64,000 nt of DNA from positions 24,118,001 to 24,182,000 of the forward strand of contig OZ231126.1 in the NCBI GenBank assembly GCA_965153355.1. The letters run 5' to 3'. The stretch is from Flaccisagitta enflata (lineage: Eukaryota). Numbering within the stretch: the first letter of the stretch is position 1; each line of letters begins with the position of its first letter. Made by a program: the position numbers and the translations under genes. The notes below the pieces were generated by a model, which saw nothing but the letters and a program-made list of their open reading frames with translations, was not told the origin of the DNA and made no database searches. This document shows, in pieces, positions 1-13,974 of the stretch.

Positions 1-405
1 ACACTGAAAGGCCAAAAAAGCCAAAAAATCTGTGGAGAATACAGCACCAAAACCTACTAGTCAGACCAATGGACCAACTAAAAGACAAATCAACAGCGCG
101 ATCAATGGGCAAGGCTTTGTGTGGTGCCACTGGCGTGAGAGTAAAGAGAAAGAGAAATGGCAGCCATAGATTTTCTTGTGTTTTGGACAGTTCTTTTATT
201 CCGTGAAAACAGAACCCAAACACAAAGAAGACAAATTTCACGATTTTCTCCTTTCTTTTATTCTCACCGTTTTCCCCCTTTTCCGTACGTTTGCATCCAT
301 TTTTTCTTTCTTTTTTTCCTTTCTTTCTTTCGTTTCGATCCAGTATGTCTTTTCTACTTTTCTACCAATTCAATTATTACTCAATTTAGGAGATATAAAG
401 CTCTA

Positions 406-951
406 CTACCTTGGAAATAAATATACGGACAGCTGGAGAAAAGTTAGCCTTTTCACTCACTGAATGAAATATATGCCCAAATCATAAAATTTTTAGTCAT
501 TATATGGTATTTTGATCTATCAAGAGCTTCTGTTCTGACTTTTCATGGGATTCGTCTATGATTTATCATCTTGAATCCGTGTATCTTTTGCCTCTCAAAA
601 AGCAAAAAAAAAAAAAAATCCTCAATTTTTTTAACAATCAAAAAATTTGTCAAAAATGTGATCTATTGAGATCAAGCACAATGATTTTGCTCAATCCGTT
701 TAGATTTGAGAGCTATTTCAATGGAGGTTGTCCTTTGAAGATATGAACTGAAAACCTCTAAATTAGATTTTGGTAAAATGACAGTTTTCTTCAAAACCCT
801 CTCATTTGGAAACGGATTGAGCTACCAAGCTCTGCTTGGTCTTGAATGGAAGATTTTTTGTCATAGTCTATGGATCTGCTTTCATTGTTTTATTGGATTT
901 GAAAGTTTAGCTGCTATAATGATGGTTTGGTGTCCGTATATTTATTTCCTA
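406..951. mobile_element. Tc1/mariner-type MITE (TIR CTACCTTGGAAATAAATATACGGACA), internally deleted, right tip lost
   Basis: TA plus left TIR at 404; inverted TGTCCGTATATTTATTTCCT at 931-950; colinear with the longer copy at 57457-58546. Confidence 0.8.
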
Positions 952-1023
952 ACTCTAACTCATACCTTACCCTAACCCTAACCCATACCGTACCCCTAAC
1001 ACCACCCCTAAACCCAACCCTAA
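948..1023 (+). repeat. Degenerate (CCCTAA)n-like telomeric-type repeat
   Basis: 6-bp periodic cctaac/ccctaa units. Confidence 0.55.
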
Positions 1024-1102
1024 TCTTGATTTGGTTATTTCAATTGTCATGATTGTCTTTTGAACTTGCGGCATGTTTTTTTTTCTTCCTATCATTTCGT
1101 TG

Positions 1103-1305
1103 AACAAGGCCGGATACACGGCTACCCCAGTCGCGTGTGGCTTAGCAGGAGCAGTGCTGGAGGTCATTAGGGCATTTGGGCAGGAGCAGTAAGCTCGAAA
1201 AGCTCAAAAACGCCGAAAAAGTGAAAAGGGGACCAACCGACCAGCCTACCGACCGACCGACCGACATAGTGGGGTGTAGAGTCGCTTAGCACGCGACTAA
1301 AAAAA
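1103..1305 (-). mobile_element. HINE/DINE-1-like non-autonomous Helentron, family B
   Basis: T-run + AGTCGCGT subTIR/IR, (GTCG)n, second subTIR, terminal GCCG-TGTATC-CGGC hairpin + TTGTT. Related copies at about 13489-13640, 14772-14906, 15775-15941, 24692-24850, 26297-26533, 28302-28499, 31060-31149, 31769-31870, 31904-32051, 34891-35092, 36748-36966, 38209-38364, 52908-53128, 59261-59485, 61293-61445. Confidence 0.75.
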
Positions 1306-2252
1306 GATTCTTCCTTCATATCAAATTCCCATCCAAATAACCGTCAATCGTTTTTTCCAAGTTCATTTTTTATTCAATTTTGAGCCCAAAGTGAAAAATT
1401 ATAAGTTCCAAAGACGACTTTTTGTTCGTGACAGTCTTTTGACAGTGGGTATAAATCTCGAGGACTCTTCTTGCTAGTTTTAACGAAAATAAATGGCTTC
1501 TTCTTGAGAATTTGATATCTCGAGATTCGAGAGGTCGATCTCAGTTTTTCTGATCTTGATGCTATCGCTCTGTTTTTTTTTTACTGAATCGTTCAAACAA
1601 GACTGGCTGCTGGGATCTTTCTTTCTTTCATCTCTTGTTTCTCATGTCTTAATCGTCCTTGCTAAATGTTTACCTCAAATATGACCCGGATGTAAGTGAA
1701 AGAATTTGTAAAAGATTTAATGCTTAACTCATCCGGCAAACAAACTACCTCTTATTTATCTACTTCCAAGTATCGATTTGAAATGTTAGCCGTTTGTACG
1801 CTTGTCTGATCTAACTTCCAGTCTCTCTGTCTGTCTGTCTTTCTGTTTTTCTGTCTGTCTGTCTGTATCTCAGTCCGTCGGTCTTTCAATTTGTGGGTCA
1901 AACGCTTGTCTGTCTCTCTTTCTCTCTGTCCCTCTTCCTCTCTATCTGTGTGTCAGACGCTTGTCCGTCTGTAAAACTGTATGTTCTTCTGTCCGTCAAT
2001 CTTTCCATCCTATTGACTCTCTTTTCCGAATTCTCTGAGAGAGGCTCTTTCCGCTATTCATTTCTTTCTCAACTATTTCCTTTGTTTTCCTTTATTCTCT
2101 ACCACGGTTCAAAATCTCCATTAAATAGCACAAAGTGCCAAAACAACTACAATCATCTGATAAAACATAGCGCAAATATTTCTCATTTTTTTTCAGTTGT
2201 CCCTTTTGTGTTCCTAGCTTAGAAACGATTTGTTGATCTTTTTACAAAGGGC

Positions 2253-2309
<57 letters not shown>

Positions 2310-2748
2310 GTTAGATGAAAAGAAAGAATGAAGGCCTATACCTCAATCTTGGTCTGACGTTGATTGTGACTTTTATGATTCGCGAGTTAATTTTATCGCC
2401 CGTTTGGACGTTTTTCTGACAAGACCCTCAGCAAGGATGAGTAGAATCATAAACTCATTCCCTCATTTTTTCTCCTCTTTAAAGACTATATCTCTTTCCC
2501 CTTTCCCTCACCCCCTCGATACCCCGCAACAAGTCATTATTTGAACCACAATCAAGGTCGCTCACAAACCACAAATTTGATCACTGAAAAAAAGAAAAAA
2601 AAAGTCGAGGGCAAAAATGACTTTTACAAGGCATGAAAAAATACACGAAAAAAACAAAAAACAACAAACTCGTGTTTGTTAGGATCAATCCTTTCTTCCT
2701 CTTTATTACCACCCCCTTTCATTGTTCTATTTCCCGCCTACATTGATA

Positions 2749-2850
<102 letters not shown>

Positions 2851-3137
2851 CTAAAGTGGATTTTTTACTGCATATTTCTAGAAGGTTTGTAGTCATGGTA
2901 CCCACCATTTTCCTCATTCCTATCATCACAATCATTACCGTTTCCTCCATCATCACCCCTACTCCCTTGTCCTCTTTGCCTTTTTAAGTGCGTCCTCGCA
3001 CATCTATAAGAGGTCATGTCCGTCATTTGGTTGATTGGTCGGTCGGTTGGTTGGTCGGTCGGTCACACAATCGTTTTATATGTGCAAGACGGCTGATTCT
3101 GACGTATTTCTTTATTCCTATCACCTTTCATACCTTA

Positions 3138-4660
3138 CTACCTAGGCCATAAGTATTGCAATAGCTTTAGACTGAGATAAGTCGGCTTTGAGAAAGAATT
3201 TTGACCTTTTCTTAGTGAGATTCTTAATCTACATTGAATTTTTTTCAAATCTAGCTCAATCTCAGAATTCTCGGTCAATTTGCTTAAAAATGGCGCAAGA
3301 AAATGTAAAAATGTTGCTTTTTGAAAATCATGAAAAAATCATGTTGGTCTCTATCACTTCCCAGATAGATAATGGCAACAATAGGTCCCAGAGGTGGCCT
3401 GGCAACTTGCCTGCCCTCAATCCAATTGAAAACCTTCTCAGTCAGATGAGGAACCTGCAGCAAAAAGTGCGTGTGACATCAATAGCGAGGTTGAAAAAAA
3501 CTGCACAGAAGGTTTGCAGACAAGTCACACCAGATTACCTAAAAATGCTATACTAATCGATACTAAGGCAGATGGAAGCTGTCATTTAACTATGACAAAA
3601 TAAAAAAAGACAGTAATTTTCAAAATGCTATTGTGAACTCATTTTTGGAGCAGCTTTATAGTTTTCTAGACTATGATAGTTTGTCAAATTTGGTACCTAG
3701 CAAAAAAATCAGATCTTGAAAAAGTTGATTTTTGCGCCCATACCATTGATTTTTGCAAAATTTGTCTATTGAACAATCACCGAGTTGGTTTCAGTTTCAA
3801 TTTAGATCTAACTTTGAAAATTAATTGTGAGCTCAATTTTTGGAGCAAGATCAAAATTTTTTAGATGATAATAGCATGTCAAATTTCTGACACAGTGAAA
3901 AAATCAGAACTCAAAAAGGTTTATTTTTGTAGTTGCAACATCAATTTTTGTAAAATTAGTTAAAGTGGGATGGTCAAAATAAAAGAACATTTATCTAGAA
4001 ATGATTTCAAATGTTCATCTTTTTTAGTAGCTTTACTTTTTTTTTAGACGGTGATAGAATGACAAGTTTCTGACACAGCAAAAAAATCAAAACTGAAAAA
4101 AATGTATTTTTGCACCAGTATCATTAATTTTTGTAAATAGACTCCTGAAAACAAATCTAGAATCAATATCCAGTTTGGACAGATTTTACAAAAATTGATG
4201 TAGAAGGGACAAAAATACACTTTTTTGAATTCTGATTTTTTTACTGTGTCAGAAATTTGACCTGCTATCACCATCTCAGAAATATTGGTCTCACTCTAAA
4301 AGTTGAGCTCAGAGTAAATTTTCAAAGTTGGATCTAAACTGAAACTTTTTCGGCGATGGTTCAATCGACAAATTTTGCAAAACTCAATGCTATGGGCATG
4401 AAAATCAACTTTTTCAAGATCTGATTTTTTTACCAGGTAGCAAATTTGACAAACTATTTTAGTCTGAAAAATTATGAACCTGCTCCAAAAAATGAGCTCA
4501 CAATATTATTTTGAAAATTACTGTCTTTTTTTATTTTGCCATAGTTAGGCCCAGGGTGGACACATGAAACACATATTTGCCTGAATTAACTCATCTTGCT
4601 TTGTATTGGTGATTAAATGAACTAATACCCTAAGTGTTGCAATACTTTTGTCCTAGGTAG
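3138..4660 (+). mobile_element. Defective Tc1-like transposon with transposase C-terminal remnant
   Basis: TA TSD; TIR CTACCTAGG..AAGTATTGCAA; remnant WPGNLPALNPIENL...LKMLY*SILRQMEAVI*AQGGH matches the Tc1 WPxxSPDLNPIENLW...SMPxRxxxVIxAxGGxTKY tail. Confidence 0.85.
3589..4545. mobile_element. Foldback MITE with ~370-bp inverted arms inserted into the Tc1 transposase remnant
   Basis: TA TSD at 3587-88 and 4546-47; arms ACTATG(A/G)CAAAATAAAAAAAGACAGTAATTTTCAAAAT...; removal rejoins AVI and AQGGH in frame. Confidence 0.85.
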
Positions 4661-5474
4661 TACAACATTCATTTTCATTCATTCATTCATTCATTCATTC
4701 ATTCATTCATTCATTCATTCATTCATTCATTCATTCATTCATTCATTCATTCATTCATTTTTTCAAAAACGTTCATTGACAAATTATTAATCAAGCGAGG
4801 CGCACTTATTGGCCTTAACTTGGACTTTTTAAATTCTCTCCTTCAGCCTCTCCCTCTCACCGTTTCCCTAGCCCATTCCTCCTAGCTTCTTTCTCATTCA
4901 CACTCCTTCTCATTCTCATTTCTCTCCCTCTTTCCTCTCCCTCTTCCTCTTTCCTCTCCCTCTTCCTACTCCTCCTCCTCCTCCTCTTCGATTGTAGCCA
5001 ATGTAATTCGTCTTCGGAATCTCATATCGAGAACTCGGCCCTCGGCTCCTTTGGCGGCCGCTGCCTTTGGGCCTTTGAACCTTTTCGAGGCAAACGGCTG
5101 AGGCTGCTGCAGCTGTCGGCCTCGCTGCTGCTGCTGCTGTCGCTACTTTTACAGCCGCACCGACACACTGAGGCTGTGCAAGGGCGGCTGGAGCTGACGT
5201 TGAATTATCTGCTGAGACGCACGGAGGCTGATCAAACGAATTTTAAAGGGAAGCTTTTTTTTTGCCAGAGCCAACCGAAATACAGAGAATGAGAAGAAAT
5301 GAGGGAAGGAGAGAGATATTCAAACAGAGAGGAAAAGAGAGAAAGAGAGAAAAACAAAAAGAGAGAGAAAACATAGACGGATAAACGGAGGGAAAGACAT
5401 AAGTACAGACAGAGAGATAAACAGACAGTCAAAGAAATTGTCAAGGATAGGAGACAAGCGAGACACACAGGCAC

Positions 5475-5523
<49 letters not shown>

Positions 5524-6544
5524 AAAAAGAAAGTGAGAAAGAAAAGAAGAAAAAAAGAAAAAAGCAAGATATAGTACTTTGTCTCTACACACTAAGACTT
5601 CCAGATCATCAAACATTGAGCAACGTCTATTATCATCAGAAAACGAGTCATTATCGAAAACTAAACTCAATTATTAAACTCAATTATTGAGTGTCTTCGT
5701 GTGTGCCTTCGTGGTCGTCCTATAATTTAACAAGTCGTCCTATAATTTAACAAGTTTTAATTTGACAACGATGCTGGCTCCAAGGAGCCAAATAAAACTT
5801 CTGATTAGATTCTAATGTCTGATAGATTTAGACCAAATGAAATATGTTCAAACATACGTAAATGCATCTTGATAACATGACATTCGATACTACTTATTTA
5901 CATAGACGGCAAATTAAGATGGCTGTGTTCGTGTTTCAAAACATGTTGTAAGAAGTGCAGATCGTATCAAATTCCTCATCTTGGAAATTGTCCGAATTAA
6001 ATTTGAAATCCTAGAAAAAAGTTTACATCAGATAATGGACAAACTTTGTTGGAAATGAGGTTCTCAGTTCGGACTTGTTTAAATTGTTTCTCTTGTTGGA
6101 GGGGGGGGGGGGCAACGGAGTATGAGTATCTATGACCGGGATTTGTGTTACCAAACATGATATGCTACATCCGCGACTCTGTTTTACCCTTTATATGCTT
6201 CATCTCCTCGATCAATGTCTCTCTTTTCTTTCTTTTCTTTCTTTTCTTTCTTTTCTTTCTTTTCTTTCTTTTCTTTCTTTTCTTTCTTTTCTTTCATTTC
6301 TTTCTTTTCTTTCATTTCTTTCTTTTCTTTCTTTTCTTTCTTTTCTTTCTTTTCTTTCTTTTCTTTCTTTTCTTTCTTTTCTTTCTTTTCTTTCTTTTCT
6401 TTTTTCTTCTTTCGCAAAACCCTAGTGTGACTTCCGGCAAAACTTAGTTATGTGCGTGTTTGTGACAGCGACAACAAATGTTGATTTATATGGTATTACC
6501 CCTTCTCACCTCCATTTTCCATTCTCTGTCTATGCCCTTTGCTG

Positions 6545-6745
<201 letters not shown>

Positions 6746-6754
6746 GTCTCTCTC

Positions 6755-6788
<34 letters not shown>

Positions 6789-6799
6789 CTTCGTAATCT

Positions 6800-6842
<43 letters not shown>

Positions 6843-6871
6843 CTCTTTCTCAGAGCTCCCAGATAGACAGA

Positions 6872-6953
<82 letters not shown>

Positions 6954-7705
6954 CGGCGGTGATGTCACTCGCCATATCACGTGATTGTGCTTGGGTCAGC
7001 CCCACTTCTTTCCATTTTCCACCATACTCCTCCTTCATTTCCTCCTCTCCCTTTTTCCCCTCCTCCCAAATTTACCCCCTGGCCTGCGAGTGCCCCCCCC
7101 CCCTCATGTCTCACATGCTGCCTTAGGTCATGAGCGGTTTTCTTTTCATGTCTGAAGTCAGTCAGCGTTGGTGAGAAGGAATGATAAACAGGAGGGAATT
7201 TCAGAGCGATTGCAAAGGCTGAGAGCGGGCGGAGATTGATCCTTGTTTGAGAGCATACTAAGAGAAGTTTGAGAGCATACTAGTGTTAACATGAGAGCAG
7301 ATAGGAGATATAATGAAAGCATTTAGGAAGCTGGTAAAGAACAGACGGAGAGGAGGTTGAAAGCTAGCTAAAACCTTTAAGCTGGTCAACTGTTAAAAGC
7401 AGGCTGATACAGCTAATTTCGCGGATAGATAATGTAGAGAATAGGCTAAACGCATGTTGCGACACTGCAAGATAATGTTCTGAATAGGCTAAATGCAAGT
7501 TGAGACCAGATTGAGAGCAAACTGAGAGCAGACTGAGAGCAAACCAAACAAGGTCTGAGATTGGACCAAGAGTGGTCTGAGGGTTACTCTCTACGTCCCG
7601 AGAGCGTCTGTCCCTACAATTCCATATGCGCTCTAAGTCAAGTCCGAGAAGACATGATATACGCGCGCAAATAAAGCGTAAATGCCGAACCCATAATCTA
7701 TGATG

Positions 7706-7798
<93 letters not shown>

Positions 7799-7839
7799 GG
7801 ATGAGGGACTGGCCAATGCTTTGCGTGTGTAAATGAGGA

Positions 7840-7926
<87 letters not shown>

Positions 7927-8745
7927 TTGTCAACAGAATGATACATAGATAGAGCGACTGACTGACAAACAGTTACAGATATCTGTTGAATATATTTACC
8001 ATGCATCTGAGTAGAAATTTTATTCAGGTTGATTACTTTTGTCTTAAAACATCCGAACAGTCAATAAATTGGAGACTAATATTTCTTAGTTGACTACCCA
8101 ACCAGCGACGATTGTAACATTTCCTGTGGCAGGAATAGATTTTTCGTAAAAACTAAGAATCATGAAAAGAAAGAACAAATTCTGATTTCAATAGTAGTAC
8201 ATTTGTCAGGTCACTGATACCAATACTCTGCTTGGCTCTGGCCAGGTCGACATCGCAGCTGACGTATAATTCACACATTGAGCGTAGCACAAATGAGCAA
8301 GATTCCAACATGACTAAACAAAACCAGAGGTAAATGATTTTGCTGTAACGAAAGAGTGTGGTTGAAGATTATGTTCAAGCAGCGCGCTTCTTACGTCCCT
8401 TCATATACAACTTCCCAAACTCGAGAATATTCCAAGCCCAAACCCAAGCAAAGGCAAGCCGACGACTTCTCTTAACTTATTCCGAGTTCCAAGCAAAAAG
8501 AAAGGAAAGGAAAAAAAAAAGAAAAGTGGAGCGAAAACATTTAAAGGACAAAAGAAGTTTTGTCAGAAATTTGTTAGCGGGATGAAAAGGTCCTTTACCG
8601 ACGGCCAGACGCACAGTAAGAAAAGAAGAGCCAGAATGAGAGATGAGGGGAAGGAGAAAAGAAAGGAACAGAAGAGAAGAAAGGAAGGAAGGAGTGATGG
8701 AAAAGACGGGAAGAAAGAAAGGAGAAAAAGAAAAGACAAAGAAGA

Positions 8746-9488
8746 AACAGGTCGCCCAAGGGCAATATGTGGTCAGCGATACCCGTTGCCCTGCTTTGAG
8801 TGATTGTGAATTTGAGTGAGGGGAAGCAGGGCAGCGGCCCCGAAGGGGACGAAGTCCTGTAGAACACAGGGGACTTTCGTTCGTCCTACCTGAAGAAGTG
8901 GATGAGATGCTATAGAGGGCTGACTGAAGGCATTCAAGAGCCTAACTGAGGTCTAAGAAGGCTGATATAAGGCCTGAGAATGCCAATTGGAAGCTTGAGA
9001 GGGCTGACTTGAGGCTTGAGAGAGCTGGATTAAGGCTTGAAAGGCCAGAGGACTGATTTAAAGCCTGGGAGCAATAAATTGAGGTTTAGATGGCTGATTT
9101 GAGGCCTGAGAGGCCTAATTTGAGGCATGAGAGTCCAGGTTTGAGGCCTGAGAATTTGGATTTGAGGCCTGTGAAGCCAGATTTGAGGCCTGAGAGGCCA
9201 GATTTGAGGCCTGAGAGGCCAGATTTGAGGCCTGAGAGGCCTGAGAAGCTAGATTTGAGGCCTGAGAGGCCAGATTTGAGGCCTGAGAGGCCAGATTTGA
9301 GGCCTGGGAGGCTGGATTTGAGACCTGAGAGGCTGGATTTGAGGCCTGAGAGGCCGGATTTGAGGCCTGAGGGGTCTGATGAAGGGGGGGACTAATGAAC
9401 AAACGGACGGACGGACAGACGGACGGACGAACGAAAGTCCCCCTGTGTTCTACAGGACTTCGTCCCCTTCGGGGCCGCTGCCCAAAAA
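8746..9488 (-). mobile_element. HINE family A with ~58-bp subterminal inverted repeats and an internal 21-bp tandem array
   Basis: GGGCAGCGGCCCCGAAGGGGACGAAGTCCTGTAGAACACAGGGG at 8829 inverted at 9424-9483; (GAGGCCTGAGAGGCCAGATTT)n; (GGAC)n; A-run end. Confidence 0.8.
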
Positions 9489-9500
9489 AGAAAGAAACTA

Positions 9501-10094
9501 AACCAGTCGCCTAAGCAATAAGTGTTCAGCGTTACCCGTTGCCCTTTCATGATTGTAGATTTGAGTGAGAGGAAGCAGGGCAGCGGCACCAAAAAGGACA
9601 AAGTCCAGGAGGACTCCATCAATCCATCTGGTTTGAGGTCTGAGAGGGAAGATTTGAGGCCTTAGAGCAGATTTGAGGTCTAAGGGCTGAATTGATGGCA
9701 GAGAAGCTAGATTTGAGGCCTGAGAGGGCAGATTTGTAGCCTGAAAGGGCTTATTAGGGGTTTGGGTCTAAGAAGACAGATTCAAGGTTTGAAAGACAGA
9801 TTACAGGCCTGAGAGGGCAGATCTAAGGCCTGAGAGGTCAGATTTCAGCCCGGAGAGGGCAAATTTGAGGTCCGAGAGGGCTGATACCAGGCATGGGAGT
9901 GCAGAGTTTGTGTCTGGGAGGCCAGAAATTGTGCCTGAGAGGGCAGAATTTAGGCCAGAGATGGAAGATTTCAGATCTGAGAGGACTGATAGAGGGGACA
10001 AACAAACAAACAAACAAACGGACACACGAAAAAAGTCCCCTCTGTGTTCCACAGGACTTTACCCCTTTGGGGCCACTGCCCCCCCCCCAAAAAA

Positions 10095-10096
<2 letters not shown>
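9501..10096 (-). mobile_element. Older family A HINE directly adjacent to the previous copy
   Basis: Degenerate same termini and 21-bp array. Confidence 0.7.
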
Positions 10097-10170
<74 letters not shown>

Positions 10171-11140
10171 AAAAGAAAGAAAGAAAAAAAATCTGAACAG
10201 TATCTGGGTCCGCGACGGAAGGGGGTTAAAGATCACCAATTCCGTAAGATCGCTATGACCGAAAGATCGCTAACCCTGTAAGTTTGCTAAAACTATAAGT
10301 ATGTACATTTAGAGCCACCATACAAAGTTTCATGCAAATCCGTTGAAAAATGACAAAGTTATGCACATTTTTCACTTTTAGGCTAGTAGGGTGGTTGGGT
10401 GGTAGGCTGGTTTAGATAAATAGTGTGCGTTTGTTGAGTTCTTCCATTTAGAGACTCCATACCAAGTTTCAACCAATTTGGTTGAAAAACAGGCGGTGCC
10501 GGCAACATACGCCGATTGCCGAAAGAATTGAAATTCTTTCTTTTTCTAGTCAATGCATGTCTAACTAAGATGAATCTACTGTTGAAACAATTCTTTCGGC
10601 TATAGAAGCATTTTTAAAAATTGATCAAAGTCGGCTACTCCATTTTCTCCTCTTATTTGAACAATTGCGCCCAAAATAGAGCTCGCACCAAGCTTGGGGC
10701 TAGGTTCTGCGCCGATCAAAGAGTGCCCTTTGTACAATAGAAATATGAGTATTTGTTCACTAGATGAACTACGAGTCAAGGCAGTGCAAAAAGTAGTACT
10801 TCAGTAGAAGCTGAAAACTGGAGCCGCAAAGTGACATTAAACATACGAAATAATCTCTTGAAGAAGTGGAGGAAGAAACGAGGTTTACATTTGATGTCTT
10901 CTCCTTTACAACAAAGGCTTCGATTCAGTAACTTTTTGATCTCTCTTTTTTGATTTTTTTTTTTAATCACTTTTCTTTTATTTGAAATGGGAAAGATCCA
11001 AGAACCAAAGTAAGTCACATCTATGCTAATAAAGGGGAATACTCTGCCACCCCAATCGCGTTCAGGGCCATTTGGTGAGGAGCAGTGAGACCGTAGCACG
11101 CGACTAAAAATGGCACCTCGTTATGCAACTGATTCATCGG

Positions 11141-11906
11141 CACTGTGCTTTTAGAACAACTCTGAGTGAAAAGTCATATAACTGTGGGTTTTTCTGCATT
11201 TTTGAGCAGTATTGGGGTGTAAGAGCATGTAACTAGCAAAAACAAAATCATTCCCTGAGCGCTTTTTGAGTAACCTTCAAAATCAGAAAAAAATAGACCT
11301 AATTTCAATGCAGATTCTTCTGGGATGTGTTGACTAAATTTCTGATTCTATATTGTTAATCTATGCAAAATTCCCAAATATTTGATAGGTCGCACTTTAT
11401 ACTTTTGTAAAGAATTAAGATTTTGATTTTTTGAGTCACCGTTACAAAAAAGTAACGGTGGCTCAAAATATGAAAACCTAATTTCTATATAAAACCATAT
11501 AGTGTGACCTATCAAATGAAAGGGAATTTTGTATAGAATAACAATATGGAATCAAAAAATGAGCCAATACAACTCAATAGAATCTGCATTACAAATAGGT
11601 TTAATTTTTTAGACTCTATAAGAGGCTTTGTCTGTCCGTCCATCCGTCGGTTGGTTGGTTGGTTGGTCCGTGGTGATCGAGTTGAGAGAGTGCGAAAACG
11701 CGCATTTCCGCCTCTGCCCACCCGTCCGCGACTGGTATTGGCTGTGTATCCGGCCTTGTTTCTATTTTTAAGATTACTCAAAAAGCGCTCGGGGAATGAT
11801 TTTATTTATGCTAGTTACATGCTCTTGCATCCCAATTCTGCTCAAAAATGCAGAAAAACCCACAGTTATATGACTTTCCACAGAGAATTTTTTTAAAAGC
11901 ACAGTG
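11141..11906. mobile_element. Palindromic MITE with CAC...GTG termini and 4-bp TSD (Chapaev/CMC-like)
   Basis: TSD TCGG at 11137-40 and 11907-10; ends CACTGTGCTTTT / AAAAGCACAGTG; near-full palindrome centred near 11448; HINE inserted in right arm. Confidence 0.75.
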
Positions 11907-12607
11907 TCGGGTAGTCTGCAGCATAAAGGGTGGCTCAAGTTGCTCTTGGTTGCTCGGGAGTTTGGGGTTGCTTAAGGTCTGGTTGGGGTTGATTGGATTT
12001 GCCCGGGGTATACTAAGTGCAGTGTTGCATGGGGTCGCTCAGGGTTGGTCGGCTGCCTCAGGATTGATGTTGTTGTTGGTCATGTTTGAGTGTAATGCAG
12101 TACTACTATTATTGTTACTGATGAAGTCTGTTTTGCATACGATTCAAACCCAAGCTAGCCCCGGGGTTTAATCTCACCTCAAACTACCAAGTATAATTTG
12201 TTTTGGAGAATGTCATATGTTTTCTTAAGCCTTGGAAATAGATTATGCTGCGAGTAGATTGATTACAATTACAATGTTATTAATTTGAGAGCCAGTTTCA
12301 AGAAAGGTGTACTTAAATTTGATTTTGCTACAAGGGTTATTATCATAAATTTGTCAAGTAGGATAACAAAGTTTTGTTTTGCACTCAGCAGGGTCGTACT
12401 ATCCCCCCATACACACACGCACATAATCACAATGACAGCCTCTTAAATGCGCGTTTTCACACTTTTCAGCTCGCAACATGATCATGCATGAGTGGACAAA
12501 AGAACCAAATGACGGAGTTTCGGGATGGACAAAGCCTCTTATAGAGGAGTAAGTCTGTAAGTAAAAACCATGAGCTGATAAAGAAAAACCTTCGCAACTC
12601 ACCAAAA

Positions 12608-12904
<297 letters not shown>

Positions 12905-13974
12905 GACTTTGCCGATCATGAATCTCAACTAAAATTCTAAATACTCTCCGATTTATGTTGCGCTGTAAGATTTTGCTACCAATGTACTTGGCATCCACAA
13001 TCCCATCTGAGTAAAAGGTAGTTTCCACAATAAACTGGACTAGATGAAATCAGGTGCCTGAATGCATTAACATTGACAAAAATAACATAATTTGATAATG
13101 AATGCAACTAACACTTTGAAATTATAGTCATGTGCTTAGAATTTGATACCCTTTCAGATAAAATCAAATGAATATATAAAGTTTTAAAATGTGTTCAACT
13201 ATATCAATTTCAATGATAATTGGAGTAACATAGGCGTAACAGGGTGGTGACACATTAGGACACTAACTTAAAAAATCATTATCTTCAGCTAGAATTGAGA
13301 TTTGTGACATCTGGCATGAAATAAAACTTAAAAGTATGCTATTTTATGTAAAGCACACTATTACATGTCAAAATTGGACAAATCATAATTTTGGCCAAAT
13401 CAACTATGAGTGAAATTTTTCCATAGAAAGTGACCACTAGTCACCATCAGATTTTTTGTGTTTCTTTACAGATTGCAATCAAATAAAAACAAGGCCGGAT
13501 AAGTAGCTACTTAAGTCGCGTGCAGGTGGGCAGGGGCAGGGGCAGGGCCAGGCTATTGAGCAAGAGCAGTAATCTCAAAACCACCTGCTGAAAAAGCAAA
13601 GTGTGACGGACCAACCAACCGACCAACAGACAGCACCCAACAAAAACCAATAGTTGAGTAGGCCTGATGATTTTTTGATGTCTTTACCTTAGTGGCTTTG
13701 AGGGTGACATCAGTGCGACAGTAAAAATGTGCTGATTTTGCCCAGTTATTTGCTACATAACATATCAAAATCTCAAATATGAAGTAGTTTCGCACTTGAT
13801 CTTATTTATATCTTATAACAGCTTTTATCATCAACAAAGTGATTAGCAGAAAAAAAATATTTTCTTACTTATTAAATGATAGATTTCAGCCAGGCCGGTT
13901 TATTGTGGAAATGACCTAAAACAAGTGACGCTTGTGTGCTTCACATAGCAAAAGTTAGTTATTTCTTCTCATCA

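Larger units (their letters stand above)
2981..4830 (+). mobile_element. HINE family C element interrupted by a nested Tc1 element
   Basis: 5' tttttAAGTGCGTCCTCGC, (GGTC/GGTT)n, 3' inverted GCGAGGCGCACTT followed by a ggcc palindrome and T-run; relatives at 11605-11762, 42524-42643, 54343-54600. Confidence 0.7.

Noticed and set aside
9090-9395. LRPERPD-repeat ORFs (also 21228-21479)
   Set aside because: Translation of the 21-bp array inside a dispersed non-autonomous element
9377-9470. Hammerhead-like CTGATGA...GAAA in family A (also 21455 and an isolated case at 29044)
   Set aside because: No stem II (microsatellite instead), stem I is out of register, and the motif is absent from the 50840 copy; it probably derives from the CCTGAGA repeat unit
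10273-10290. mir-10-like seed ACCCTGTA
   Set aside because: The match ends after 8 nt and lies within a repeat; no mir-10, mir-993 or iab-4 sequence was recognised in the window
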